Assembly: GCA_036630325.1 (NCBI GenBank)
Contig: CP142736.1
Span: 806,001 to 870,000, forward strand
Direction: 5' to 3'
DNA length: 64,000 nucleotides
Source of the DNA: Vairimorpha necatrix
Lineage: Eukaryota
This document shows, piece by piece, positions 26,047-38,530 of this stretch. A program made the position numbers and the translations under genes. The notes beneath the pieces were generated by a model. It was not told where the DNA came from and made no database searches. It saw only the letters and a program-made list of their open reading frames with translations. Numbering within the stretch: position 1 is the first letter of the stretch; each line of letters begins with the position of its first letter.

Positions 26047-26070
26047 ACTAATAAACATTTTAATATCGAC

Positions 26071-29000
26071 ATGGCGACAGTGGCAAAAGCAATTAGTGAA
26101 TTTAATGGCGATCGAGGCGAAGACACTGAAATGTGGTTAAAGAAGGTGAACATCTTGGCTCAGAGTGCCGGACTTTCAGAGAACTCCATTTTAGGGTTAA
26201 TCATAATTAAACTGACAGGAGTTGCCCAGACATATTTGATATCTTTGACCAATGGGAACATTGCTAATATTACCTTAGGGAGTTTAATAATAAGTTTAAA
26301 AAAACGGTTTGGTAACCAAACGAATACAGATGAGATTCTTGATCATTTTTTAGCAATTAAATCAGTGAATTCCTACGAAGAATATTCAGAACTACTCAAA
26401 GAAGCCACCACTTTATTCGAAAGAGACTGCATTGCACTTAAATCACTAATAAGGATGACTATATCTAAGTCTCCGCGGGAACTTAAAACATTGCTGTATC
26501 AATATTCATGCTGCGCTTCAAACTGGAATAACTTTGTCCAACAAGCGGAGGAGGCGGCCTGGATGGCTTTTCCCGAGAGAATCAACAATAGATTAGCCTC
26601 TACTGGAACTAAGACATTATATCAGAAAAGAGAAAGACTGCCTCAGAATATTTAAGGAAAAAAATTGTTCTGCATTATTCACAAGCAAGGGAGCCACACA
26701 ACAGATGATTGTTTCATTGTTAAGCAATTGGAAGATAAAGGCTGGAGAAAAGGGAAATCAGCAAATGCGTTAGAAGAAATAAATAAAGCCGATAGCAACA
26801 TTGACCAAGAAAATAAAGACTTCAACGTTTACACTTCTAATTCTCTTAGTTATAAAAGAAACCCTTTCTTTATATATTCCACCCTTTCAAAAGCTGCCCC
26901 TCACCTGACACTACTAGATACAGGTGCCGACATCTCTTTGATAAACATAAATCAAATATTAGATAAAAATAAAATAACATCAACAAGTGCTAAAATTAGA
27001 TCGGCTTCGGGCTCCTTCATCAATATTATAGGTGAAATTAAGAACCTCAGATTGAGAGTATTCGATGAAGAAATTATATTCTCCCCGTTAGTATGTAAAG
27101 GTTTACCTGACTATTCTATTCTCGGAACGGATGTTATTATAAAATACCCACGCTTGGTCCAAAAAATTCTCCGAAATTTCTTACCTTCAACGAAAATAAA
27201 TTGTATTCCATTAACGCAGGAGATTGGAACGAAAAGTAAAACGGACCTTACAGAAAGAAAGATTAGGTCTAATACTATTTGTAAAAGTGAGAATATGGGT
27301 CAACCAATCACTTCAGAAATTCGTCCCAAAGAGAACGAAATAATTACTAAATTTTCCGGATGCTTTGGAGAAACCATCGCACCAGAACCCATTAAAGGTG
27401 CAACATTGCATTTCATTGACACAGGAGACCATCCTCCTATAAACCAAAAAAACTATCGAATCCCGATACATTATGAACAAGAAATTTCTGAAGACATTTG
27501 AAGGAATCTACAATTGGGTGTTTTAATAGAATCTAATAGCCCATGGTGTTCAAGACTCGTCCCCGTTCAAAAGCCTGATAAATCTTTAAGATTATGCATT
27601 GACTTCCGAGCTCTGAATAAAATAACAATAAGAGATAAATCCCCGTTACCCCGAATTGATGAAATACTAGACAGACTAGCTGGGGCAAAGACGTTTTCGA
27701 CCTTAGATGCAACATCTGGATACTACCAGATCGGTATGAATGAATCAGATAAACAGAAAACAGCGTTTGCATGGAAGGGCGGGCTATATGAATATAACAG
27801 AATGCCTTTCGGATTATGTAATGCTCCCGCTACTTTTCAAAGAGCTATGGATAAACTTATCGGAAATCCATGTAATGATTTTGTTATCCCGTATCTAGAC
27901 GATATAATCATATTCTCAAAAAACGAAAAAGAACATGGGAAACATCTTCTCATTGTTTTAGAGAAATTAAAAGAAACAGGAATAGTGCTAAAAAAATCAA
28001 AATGCACATTTTTTAAAGACGAAATTAAAATACTAGGCAATATTGTTTCAAGGGGATACTTAAAACTTGATCCCACGAAGATTGATACAATTCAAAAATA
28101 CCCATTTCCAGAGAACCTAAAAAGCTTACGATCATTCTTGGGGTTAGTGAATTACTGCCGCGAATATGTAGCATCTTATGCATAGTTAACAGGACCATTC
28201 TTTAGTCTTCTTAAGGGAGAAACGAAAAATAGTGTAAAAAGAGTACACTGGTCAGAAGATTTACAGATAAAGTTTTCAAAGTTAAAGCAAGCTCTTGCCG
28301 GCGAGATAAAATTGAAACAACCAGACTTTAAAAAAAAATTTATCTTAATCACAGACGCGTCTGAAATTGGAATTGGTGCAGTCCTTGCACAAGCTGACGA
28401 TAATGGTGTAGAAGAGGCCATCTCCTTATTTAGTAAAAGATTCGACGATTGTCAAATGAATTACTCAGTTACAGATAAAGAACTTCTGGCTGTCGTTAAA
28501 GGCATAAATAACTTTAGACATTACCTTTTGGGGAAAGAATTTACGTTAAGAACTGACCATAAAGCGCTAACGTACTTATGGGAATCAAAAAATCCTACAA
28601 GTCGGATCCTAAGATGGTCAATGATGTTACAAGAATATAAATTTGACGTTGAATACATAAAGGGAGAAGACAATATTGCTGACGGCTGTAGTAGAATATT
28701 TAACAAGGAAATAAGAATTTCAAGTATCATTAAAGATTTTTCAAAAGAAGAAAAAGAGGAAATACTTAAAGCATATCATATAGAAACTGGGCATGGATCT
28801 ATTAACAACATGAAATTCGCAATCAAAGGAAAATATTTCTGGGAAGACATATATAAAGACATCGAAAAGCTGGTTACTGAATGTGTTATCTGTTTAAAGA
28901 ACGGAAATAAAATAAGAAATACAAAACACAGGGTAATTGAAACTTATAACCATAATGAACTTTGGGAGGTTGATTTGATAGGACGGATCCCATATAATGG

Positions 29001-29751
29001 CACTAACCATTTCATTTTAGTAGCAATCGACCACTACAGTAAATGGATAGAGACAAAACATTTGAAAAATAAGGAAGCTGAAACCATTAGAGATTCTATT
29101 GAAGAGCTAATAATCAAGAAACATGGTACTCCAAAAACAATTTTGTCGGATTGCGGGCTCGAGTTTAAAAACAAACAAATAACGGATCTAAAAGCAAAAT
29201 ATGGGTTTGAATGGAAATACTCATCACCAGAACACCATAATACAGTGGGATGTGTTGAGAGAGTGAACCAAACACTTTGGATAAATTTAAAAAAACTCAC
29301 CAATTACGGAGAATCTTCATGGAGAAGCGCATTAGAAAAAGCAACACACGCTGTGAATGTTTCATTTAATAGAGCCATAGGAACTTCCCCATTTATTTTT
29401 AAATACGCGAGATCCCCTGATTTTGAGATTGACAAGAAATTTGATAGGAAGCCCATAAAATTCCAAAGAATGTCTCTGACTAAGAAGAGAAATGAAAATT
29501 TTGCTAAATATAGAAAAAGCATAGAAAAGGGTACGATAACGGCCCCGTCAAATTTTTCAATTGGTGATAAAGTTCTTATATACAGAGAAAACAAAAATAA
29601 TAAAATGAAAGCTAATTGGTCTCCTGGTTATGAAATAACGGATAGAATACTACCGGATGGGTTTATGGTTAAAAATAACAAAAGTTTAATTAGAGTTAAT
29701 AAAGCTCATATCAAACAAGACCTTTCTTTTGGGGGGAGGGAGATGTCGTAG
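26071..29751 (+). pseudogene. Element B gag-pol single frame with three in-frame stops
   Basis: All track ORFs from 25951 to 29751 share one frame, broken by TAA 26653-55, TGA 27499-501 and TAG 28183-85. Motifs: CIIHKQGSHTTDDC knuckle, LLDTGAD protease, YLDD RT, RNase H, integrase. The original ATG at 22838 in the 5' LTR is now separated by element C. Confidence 0.9.
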
Positions 29752-29927
29752 GAGCTCAAGGCTTCTACATATTTGACACGTTTGACATTTCTCAATATTT
29801 TATTATTTAAAACTTTTATATTTTACCTCCAAGCAAAATGGAAGGAAGAGAAGAAAAAACTAATAAACATTTTAATATCGACAATTTTATTGCAAAAATT
29901 AATCTATATTCGTATTAATATTTATTT

Positions 29928-30209
29928 TCATTGAAGCGTGTAGCATATTAAAGTGCCAAGGAATTGAAATCCCAGAAAAAAGATAGCACTACGAAAATAT
30001 GCCCTTACACATTCGTAATAAATCTCTTTATTGCTTTTATATTCTTTTCTTTTAGATATGAATATATAGCCTAAATTAACAATAAACATGCTTATATGAA
30101 CGTAAAAGCAAATTAGGTTAAAACTGTACATCAATGATCGTCCCAATATAAATAGTCGTTCTGTAACACTACTTTGAGTAAAGTTCGTCGGATTCAATGA
30201 GAATATCAT
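29928..30209 (-). CDS. Small two-TM protein, family member
   Basis: MIFSLNPTNFTQ; loop KRKEYKSNKEI; ttaccccacATG start context. Confidence 0.75.
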   Translation of the reverse strand: MIFSLNPTNFTQSSVTERLFILGRSLMYSFNLICFYVHISMFIVNLGYIFISKRKEYKSNKEIYYECVRAYFRSAIFFLGFQFLGTLICYTLQ

Positions 30210-33079
30210 GTGGGGTAATTTGTTTGAACAAAATGAAGAAAATATAGTAAAAAGTAATAAAATTTGTACAAAACTATAAAATTAAGCTAAAAATGCTCTA
30301 GAAATATACAGGTAAAAAAAGTTCTTTGCACATTATAAATAAAACAAATATATTATATTATCCTACAATTTAAAAATCGTTAATTGAGCAGTTCCTGTTA
30401 TCCTTTATATATAACTTTTTACTGTTTTAGTGATATAAAAAAATCATAAAATTTCTCAAAAATCTGATGATGGTTACACCTTTGTTTGAGAATATATTTA
30501 AATGCATAATTAAAAAATAATTCTGATTCTATTTATCATTAATGAATTCATTTTAGAATATATTACAATCAAATGTAAGTTAATACGGAAATCTTTAAGT
30601 GTCTCAGATAATAAAAAGTTCCGTTGATGAATCAAAACTACTGTAATTTAACAAATCATGAGTAATAATATCATACGAAATGGCTTATTGCATTTAGAAA
30701 GCCCAAAATTAACACATTGAAGCATAATTACATCGGAGGTTGATCTCCAGATCTAAAAAAATGATTAAAATGCTTGCATGTTTATGACGCTCAAATGTCC
30801 ATCCATAAACTGTACAGGAAAATGTCAACGTTAAAAAACTACAAATAGAATACAATTTTTAAGATGATTTACTTCACAGCTTGTTTTAAATGCCTGTTAA
30901 ATAATGATAATTTTCCGAAATTAACTTAATTAAATAATAGATCATATGAGGGGTTAAATTATGATTTATTCAAAAGATCCTTATTTTTTAAGCAAACGAT
31001 TATAATTAATAGTTAAATATTATCTGACATGGTGTTATAGGCCGAATATCTACAACGTGTCGTTATCATTTTTACAAAAAATTGATTTTTATGAAAAATG
31101 TTTTCTATAGTTTATTTTTTTAAAGGAGTTCACTTAAAAAAGACAATGAGAGACAGAGGAATGATGAGATCAAAAAACATGTAAAATATTAATAAAGTTT
31201 TTTATTCAAAGATTTTACATAGAGGCATTTACTCGCGGCCCCGCCCATAAACATACAGATATTTTACCATATAAGTTAAAAATTTTGTTCAGTTCGCATA
31301 ATCTGTTGCAAAATATTCTAAATGATTTTGCTTTCATTGTTTATTGGGTACATTTGTTGTTGATTTTTTTATAAACAACGGGGGATTATTTGTTTTATAA
31401 TAAGTTTTCATAATTTGAATTGTGAATCTGTAGAAATATACTTAAAGATAGTTTACTTGATAATCTACTTAACGTGCGAAGATTTTTGTATTATTAGGTG
31501 TGTATTGTTATAATACATGATGTCAGGAGATATTTTTGATGTGTATTTATACTTTTCTGCCTAATATTAATTAGATATTATGGCCACTTTGTAATAATGA
31601 AAAAATCGTTAAATCTATAATTTAGAAATCATAATGAACTATTAATATGGAGATAAATACGCCATAAACTACGAAATAGATAGAAATAAAGCCACAATGT
31701 TATATTTTCAGAAAAGACAACAATGACGAATTTCACGAATCCTCTTAAAAAGGGCTCAAAAGTGATATACCATAGTTCTATGGCGCCGCACACAATCTAA
31801 TTGAAACAATTAAGATTATCAGTATACTTAATTATATATATTTGTGCGAATTTAGATACTATAGATCTCATTTTCATTTATAATTATTATCATCATTACT
31901 CAAAATAAGGAGTAAAAAAATTTAGTATTTGACCAACTTTTTTAAAAATGAGTCTAGGATAGAAGGTAATTCAATGACAGCATTTTTTATGTAATAAACA
32001 GAATACTACTTTTTATATATCTATTCTTACACATTTCAGAATCCCTAACGACCGTTTTGTTATTATTTTTTTATTTCTTTTTTTTTTGTTTTTTCTTACT
32101 TAAAAAATAAATTAAAAACTAAATTAAATGATCAACTCATTAGTTAAATTTAAAATAAAGATATATTATGGCATTAATATATGCAAAATATGCTTTAAAC
32201 CCATTTTCAAACTACGACCTCTTACAACTAACGTTCCTATTTAGTTGAGTGCAATAATTGTAATAAAATATAATTTAAAGCTATATAAATTACAGTTGCA
32301 TGTGTAAAAACTTAAATTAAATTATTTAATTTATGGTACAAATCGCCTTATTAAATTAAATGTCATTATTAAAGGTACAGTGAAATATAAATTACGAACT
32401 GATCGATTCCAAGACTCAACAACAATTATTAAAATACTTGGATATCTACGGCGATTGTATTACCATTCGTAAAGCACTCGACCAAATGTTAAACTTACTA
32501 AACTAAGCAACATAGTACAATTTATAATGTGCATTATATCATCTTTTTTTGTAACTACCCGACGACTATAAAACTGTTGACTAAAAATCTGCTCATCACA
32601 AATAATCAAATCCATAAAGAAGAACTATAGGGGACAGTTTTTTTCTTTGTACTCCTTTTGGAACATAACTGTTAAGTCCAAAAATCTATAGCAAATAATA
32701 AACATCTTTACTATTTGATTTAGAAAAGATTAAAAAATTTTCATTAAATTTATGCATACATAACACTAAGTAACTATATTATTACCTATATTATCAGGAT
32801 ATCCATGTAGATCAGTTCGCCGTTAGATAATTTGCAGTAAAAATACAAAAATCTTCAATAAAAAGTTGATATTGATTAAGTTATTAAAAAAAAACTTTAT
32901 GGATTCAATTGCTTGTATTAATTATAACAAAGATGTTAGCTAAATAATCACCAACGTAATTTTTTAATGCCTCCTAGAATGGATTGACACACTAATGGTA
33001 TTATAATGAAAAAATTATCATAAAAATATGAGTGTTATAATAGATAATATTTGATGCATAAAAATCGAAAATAATGCTA

Positions 33080-33373
33080 TCAATTGCAATTTTGTGTTAT
33101 AAAAACTCTTAATAGATTAAAAAAAAGCAACATAGGGCAACTGAAGTAAAAATTCAAGACGGACCGAATACCAGAATCAATAAAAATATCATAAACGCTT
33201 TTATATTTATGACGATTAAAATAGTACTCAAAACCCGTACGACCAAAAGTCAAAATTACTAGACTATACCCCGAAGTACGATTTATGATATCAAGTTCAT
33301 TGTAATTTTTTGTAACTATCTGTTGACTGTGTATCTGCTCACCATATTTAATCAAATTTAAAAAGAAGAACAT
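33080..33373 (-). CDS. Small signal-peptide + two-TM protein, family member
   Basis: MFFFLNLIKY..SQQIV; loop RHKYKSVYDIF; aagccccatATG start context. Confidence 0.78.
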   Translation of the reverse strand: MFFFLNLIKYGEQIHSQQIVTKNYNELDIINRTSGYSLVILTFGRTGFEYYFNRHKYKSVYDIFIDSGIRSVLNFYFSCPMLLFFNLLRVFITQNCN

Positions 33374-33504
33374 ATGGGGCTTAAATTTTTTTTTGTTTTA
33401 CACATCTTTAAGAATAATTTTATATTAACCAGAAAAAATTGTAAAAATTTTTAAAATAGACTTTACTAAAATTTATTCGTTAAATTCATAGATTGTTACA
33501 ATTA

Positions 33505-35259
33505 TCAAAAACTATCTTCACACAACTTATCATATTCTTCAGGAGGACAGCTTTTAACTTTACAAACTTTTTTCGGGACACATTTTCTTTTTTTCTTTTT
33601 TGATATTGTTTTTTTAAATATTTTTTGCTTACTTTTTTTATTTCTATGAGTCTCTGGTCTACGTAGTGTACTGCTTTTTAATAATTCTTTGATTAAAGGT
33701 ATAATGTCTTCGTCGCAATCTTCCTTGGGCTTGGGAGGTGGAACAGATGTTGTATGAGGAATAAGAAGCGGATTTGGTGTTTCTTGACTTGGCTGCAAAT
33801 AAACTGTGCTGACCTTATCTTCGTTTGGTACTAAAAATACTGTACTGACTTTCTCTGGTTCTTTATTCATATACACTGTACTGACTTTCTCGGGTTCTTT
33901 ATTCATAAACACCGTGCTAGCTTTTTCTGGTTCTTTAGTTATGAACACTGTGCTAACTTTTATTGGTTCTTTTGTTATGAACACTGTGCTTACTGGTTCT
34001 TTAACAGGTTCACTTGTCTTTTTGCTTGCTGTTTCTGGTTCTTTAGTTATGAACACTGTGCTGACAGGTTCTTTTGCCGGTTCACTTGTCTTTTTACTAG
34101 CTGTTTCTGGGACTGGTTCTTTTGTTATATAAACTGTACTAATCTTCTCCTTTTCTACTGTTTCGGTCGATGGTACATATACTGTACTGACATTGTCTTC
34201 TTTTTTATCTGGTGTTGTTGATGATGGTCTGTAAATTGTACTGGTCTTTTCGCTTGGCTGAGTTTCTGATAGACTAGGTTTAAAAACACTTACTACGTTT
34301 TCTAGTCCTATACTAGGTGCAGATCCTATGGTAGTTGTTTTTAATATTTCGGTAGTATAAGTCGATGTCTTTAAAACTTCTGAAGTTACAGTTGATGTTT
34401 TAAAAAATGTTTCAGTAATTGTATCTCGTTCTGTAAAAGTTGTTAATGAATAATTAACAATTGGCACTTTAGAAATAGAAGTAGTAGTATGTTCCCTATA
34501 AAGAGTAAGAGGCACTTCTACTGTTACAGTGGTAGGTATTTCTCTTATGACTGTTGTGATACCTTCGTCATTTTTTGATTTTGGTTTTTTTATTTTACCT
34601 TTTGGATGATCATCACGATCTGAAGAGTCTGTATCTTTTTTTGATACACCGTCTTCATCATCTTTTTCCTCTTTACATTCATTTTTATCTTTAGATTGCT
34701 TACATTTTTTTTTATCTTTTTTTTCATCACAATCACATTTACCTTTAGATTCCTTACATTTGCATTTGTTTTTCTCTTCATTACATTCCTTACCTCCTTC
34801 ACATTCCGTTTTATCTTTCTTCTCTTTTTTATCTGTAGGTTCTTTATTGGTTACTGTTTGTTTAGGCACATTTATTATTACTGTACTGGTCATGGTACTA
34901 GTGTATGTCAGTGTATTAATAGCAGATTGTTGAGCATTAGTTATTTGTGTGTTCGTTGGCGCCGCAGGTTGAGTATTTATCGGCGGCGCGGGCTGTGCAT
35001 TTCCTTGTTGCACTGTAGTAGTCATTATAATTGTCTGCGGGTTCATGTTTTCATTTCCATTTACCACTACACATTTAGTTTTGTTGCAGTTATCTTCTTT
35101 TAGTTGCAAATTCTGCCTATTCATAAATGCTTTATACTCCGAACTAGGTATAAATGATGAATTTATACATTCATTATCTTTAATATTAAAAATTTTACAT
35201 TTGTTAAGTAGATCTAGATTGGTAAGAGTAAAGACAAGTAGGCAGTGTAAAAGTATCAT
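33505..35259 (-). CDS. Secreted Thr/Ser/Pro-rich mucin-like repeat protein with Cys/Lys-rich segments (possible spore-wall/surface protein)
   Basis: Hydrophobic N-terminus, T-rich tracts, KEP(E/V)KVSTVF repeats, C/K-rich block, basic Cys-containing C-terminus. Confidence 0.75.
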   Translation of the reverse strand: MILLHCLLVFTLTNLDLLNKCKIFNIKDNECINSSFIPSSEYKAFMNRQNLQLKEDNCNKTKCVVVNGNENMNPQTIIMTTTVQQGNAQPAPPINTQPAAPTNTQITNAQQSAINTLTYTSTMTSTVIINVPKQTVTNKEPTDKKEKKDKTECEGGKECNEEKNKCKCKESKGKCDCDEKKDKKKCKQSKDKNECKEEKDDEDGVSKKDTDSSDRDDHPKGKIKKPKSKNDEGITTVIREIPTTVTVEVPLTLYREHTTTSISKVPIVNYSLTTFTERDTITETFFKTSTVTSEVLKTSTYTTEILKTTTIGSAPSIGLENVVSVFKPSLSETQPSEKTSTIYRPSSTTPDKKEDNVSTVYVPSTETVEKEKISTVYITKEPVPETASKKTSEPAKEPVSTVFITKEPETASKKTSEPVKEPVSTVFITKEPIKVSTVFITKEPEKASTVFMNKEPEKVSTVYMNKEPEKVSTVFLVPNEDKVSTVYLQPSQETPNPLLIPHTTSVPPPKPKEDCDEDIIPLIKELLKSSTLRRPETHRNKKSKQKIFKKTISKKKKRKCVPKKVCKVKSCPPEEYDKLCEDSF

Positions 35260-35699
35260 GTATTCTTATTTATTTATAAATTACTTATTGATTTATTTAT
35301 ATTTTAAAACATATGTTTCATTAGCACGATTTAGAAAATGAAAAAAAAAATACATTAAAATTTAAATGAGTTCATACACAAATGTATTTTAAGTTACAAA
35401 TATTTATTAAAAATTCATATTTGATTTTTTTTTGCTATATTTTTATAACTTAGTTTTAGGTTAAAATTACAACTAAAATCAATATATTGTGTGTCTTACA
35501 TTCTATAATATATTGTGCATCTATTATTTATAATATCGTATATCTATTGCTTTAAGTGTGTTGTATGGCTTAAATTTTATAGATTTATGTCTTACACTCC
35601 TTATAGTTTTTTACAACTTGCATTATATAGCTTATACATTTATTTATAATGTCTTATATTTTTTTTAAATATATATTGATGTTTTTTTATACCCTCTAT

Positions 35700-35993
35700 A
35701 TGACTAACAGTAAACCGGACAGAGTTAAATTAATATCCTCAGATGGACAAGAATTTACAATTAAGAAAGAAATAGCAGTATTTTCTAAAACACTGAACAT
35801 GTTGTTTAATTCCAGTTCTAATTATATTGAAAGTGAAGCCGAGGCCATTTGTTTACCAATACACAGTAAATGTATGAGAAGAATAGTAGAATTTTTAGAA
35901 TATAAAGCGAGTGATAAAAATGTGGATGAGTTTGTAATTACAGATGAGGAGACAGTGGATTTGTTAGATGCTGCGGCATATCTGAGAATATAA
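35700..35993 (+). CDS. ELC1: Elongin C (Skp1/BTB-fold)
   Basis: VKLISSDGQEF...SKTL...LLDAAAYL motifs. Start re-assigned to ATG 35700 after ataccctctat. Confidence 0.85.
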   Translation: MTNSKPDRVKLISSDGQEFTIKKEIAVFSKTLNMLFNSSSNYIESEAEAICLPIHSKCMRRIVEFLEYKASDKNVDEFVITDEETVDLLDAAAYLRI

Positions 35994-36073
35994 AAATGTA
36001 AAACTTTTATAAATATAAATTTTTATATATTTTCTTATGTATAAATTAATATATTAATAGTATCCTTTTTTAA

Positions 36074-36145
36074 GGACACATAGCTCAACGGCAGAGCATC
36101 GGTCTTCGGAACCGAAGGTTAGGGGTTCGAATCCTCTTGTGTTCG
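36074..36145 (+). tRNA. tRNA-Arg(TCG)
   Basis: Cloverleaf: GGACACA/TGTGTTC acceptor, GCTC/GAGC D stem, TCGGT-CT-TCG-GA-ACCGA anticodon arm, AGGGG-TTCGAAT-CCTCT T arm, followed by a T-run. Confidence 0.95.
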
Positions 36146-36236
36146 ACTTTTTTATATTGTCATGATTTTATTTATGCAATAAAATAAGACACAAAAAACT
36201 TACATAATAAATACTTCATTTGAGTTTTATTTACAG

Positions 36237-37193
36237 TTAATCATAAAGATTAAGTTTAATCATCTTCTCATACCCGCTCATTTCTGGACAATAAGGACAT
36301 TTAAATACATTCATAGACCCATACTTGCTCAAAATATTAGCCGCACTAGAAGATATCACATGATTACACTCCAATAAAACTGGATTATTTTCATCACAAC
36401 AAACTTCTTTAATAACAGGACACACGAAAAGTGAATGAAACTGTCTCGTATTTATTATTGGTATTTCTATAGGCATAACATTATCTTCGAAATTATTAAG
36501 CATAAATTTATTCTCTTGTAAAAGTTTATAACCATAACTTCCTTGTTTAAAAACTATAGGCAAAAAATCGCCATTTATAAAATCTCGTAATTTACAAAAT
36601 TCCTTTTTAAAAATGTATTCTAGTTTCAATTTGACTTTCTGTTTTTTACATTCCAAATATTTAGGAAAGACAAGACATTTTAAATATTCTTTGAGTTCAG
36701 ACAAATAAGAAGAAGAAATCTTGTTGATAGTTAGACGGAGATTTTTGATACATGAAGATGTGTCACAATTTGTTAAGAAGAGGTAGATGTTGTAGTAAAA
36801 AATTAAGTCGTCTGATATGCCAAGTTGATTGACGAAATTTTGCATGTTGAAGTCGTCTTCTTTGAATTTGTTTGTGTAACAAACAAATTCCTTATAATTA
36901 TTTATGCAAAAAAGTATAAATTTCCTGAATTTTGCATGATATTCATTAGAAAATGTATTGACAACATCTTCATTATTTGTAGAAAAAAGATGATAGATAA
37001 TCATGTACAGAGTTGTTTCCTCTGAATATTTGTATGTTTTTATTTCATTTTCTTTTTGTATATTTTCTGAAGGAATGTTTTTCCAAAGTGATGTTATTTT
37101 TTCTTTTAAAACTTCTTGGTTTTTAGAATGTTTTAGTTCTTCCAAGAGTGCGTTAGTCTGAGATCTCAGATTCTCGAAGTCGAAGTCTGTCAT
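36237..37193 (-). CDS. RMD5: Rmd5/Gid2-like CTLH/GID E3 ligase RING subunit
   Basis: C-terminal FHSLFVCPV...NPVLLECNHVIS...FKCPYCP degenerate RING signature. Confidence 0.8.
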   Translation of the reverse strand: MTDFDFENLRSQTNALLEELKHSKNQEVLKEKITSLWKNIPSENIQKENEIKTYKYSEETTLYMIIYHLFSTNNEDVVNTFSNEYHAKFRKFILFCINNYKEFVCYTNKFKEDDFNMQNFVNQLGISDDLIFYYNIYLFLTNCDTSSCIKNLRLTINKISSSYLSELKEYLKCLVFPKYLECKKQKVKLKLEYIFKKEFCKLRDFINGDFLPIVFKQGSYGYKLLQENKFMLNNFEDNVMPIEIPIINTRQFHSLFVCPVIKEVCCDENNPVLLECNHVISSSAANILSKYGSMNVFKCPYCPEMSGYEKMIKLNLYD

Positions 37194-37697
37194 GAGGGGA
37201 AGAAGAATGAAAATAAAGACAAGAGAGTCATAAAAGAAGAGGCTAAAGTAAGCATTAGCTACAAAAAATCGATATAGGGGGTTTTGTAGCTATTGCAACT
37301 TTAGCCGAAGAAGAATATTATTGAGATTACTGAAATTCATGTATTTGGATCTTATAAAAGTTACTCTAAAGATCCAAATAGTTGTAAATTTAAATATTTT
37401 AAATATACTTAGAAATATGTATAGATTTATTTAATTACAGTGGATTTAAATGTTGTACAAGATTGTTCTTTATGAGAGATCTACATATGATTTACTAGAT
37501 TTATTTTTTCCCCTATATTTTGAATATAGTAGATTTATTTACAATGTATACACTATCTTGTATTAGACAAGATTGTTTATCATAAATAGTACATATTTAA
37601 TCTTGTACAAGATTGTTTATTATGGGTGCTTTAGATATAATTGACCAGATTTATTTTTCATATACAAAATTATTTTTTTATAAATTCTACCCCTAAA

Positions 37698-38297
37698 ATG
37701 GAAAGGAATTTTCTAGATTATGAAAATTTAGGAGAAAGTTCTGTAGAAAACAGGTCAGGGATAATCCCAGTCTTACAAAATGTGGTAGCCACAGTAAATC
37801 TGAATTGTAAACTAGATCTTAAAAATATAGCCCTTAGGGCTCGTAATGCGGAATACAATCCCAAGAGATTTGCTGCTGTCATTATGAGGATAAGGGAGCC
37901 CAAGACCACTGCTCTGATTTTCGCCTCAGGGAAGGTTGTCATTACAGGCGCCAAGTCTGAGAAGCAGAGTAAGCTTGCGGCCCAGAGATATTCTAAGATT
38001 ATAAATAAATTGGGATTTAATGCAGATTTCAATGATTTTAAGATTCAGAATATTGTGTCGAGTTGTGATACTAAGTTCAGTATAAGACTTGAAGGGTTGG
38101 CTTATGCCCACTCTAATTATTGCTCGTATGAGCCTGAGTTATTCCCGGGGTTGATTTATAGGATGGTGAAGCCTAAGATCGTATTATTGATTTTTGTAAG
38201 TGGGAAGATTGTTCTGACAGGAGCTAAAGTCAGGGATGATATTTATCAAGCATTTGAGAATATTTACCCAGTACTGACACAATATAAAAAAGGGTAA
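37698..38297 (+). CDS. TBP: TATA-box binding protein
   Basis: [50 protein letters not shown]. Start re-assigned to ATG 37698 after taccccta. Confidence 0.98.
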   Translation: MERNFLDYENLGESSVENRSGIIPVLQNVVATVNLNCKLDLKNIALRARNAEYNPKRFAAVIMRIREPKTTALIFASGKVVITGAKSEKQSKLAAQRYSKIINKLGFNADFNDFKIQNIVSSCDTKFSIRLEGLAYAHSNYCSYEPELFPGLIYRMVKPKIVLLIFVSGKIVLTGAKVRDDIYQAFENIYPVLTQYKKG

Positions 38298-38530
38298 ATT
38301 AACAAATAAATACTTATAAATATAAAAAAAATGTATAAAAAATATTTACATAATATTTAAATAATATTTAAATAATATTTAGATTTATTTAAATTTAGAC
38401 TTATTTTATAGGCTTTAGATTATTTTTAGGCTTCAGATTTATTTTGTAAGCTTTGAATTTATAAGAAGATGCTAAATCCTTTTCTCTACCTACCATTGCT
38501 TTAAATATTATTGATTATTTTAGGGATCCC

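Larger units (their letters stand above)
22744..29883 (+). mobile_element. Ty3/Gypsy LTR retrotransposon B (140-bp LTRs; 5' LTR split by element C)
   Basis: 5' LTR = 22744-22863 + 26052-26071; 3' LTR = 29744-29883 (TGTCG...CGACA; one mismatch, cccc vs ctcc). TSD ATTTT. PBS TGGCGACAGTGGCA at 26072 (tRNA-Ser-like 3' end). PPT GGGGGGAGGGAGA. Confidence 0.95.

Noticed and set aside
25951-26070. N-terminal extension of track ORF 25951..26655
   Set aside because: Artefact of reading through element C's PPT and 3' LTR; B gag resumes at 26052/26071.
26653-26655. Programmed gag-pol readthrough in element B
   Set aside because: The stop lies before the zinc knuckle and two more stops interrupt pol, indicating decay.
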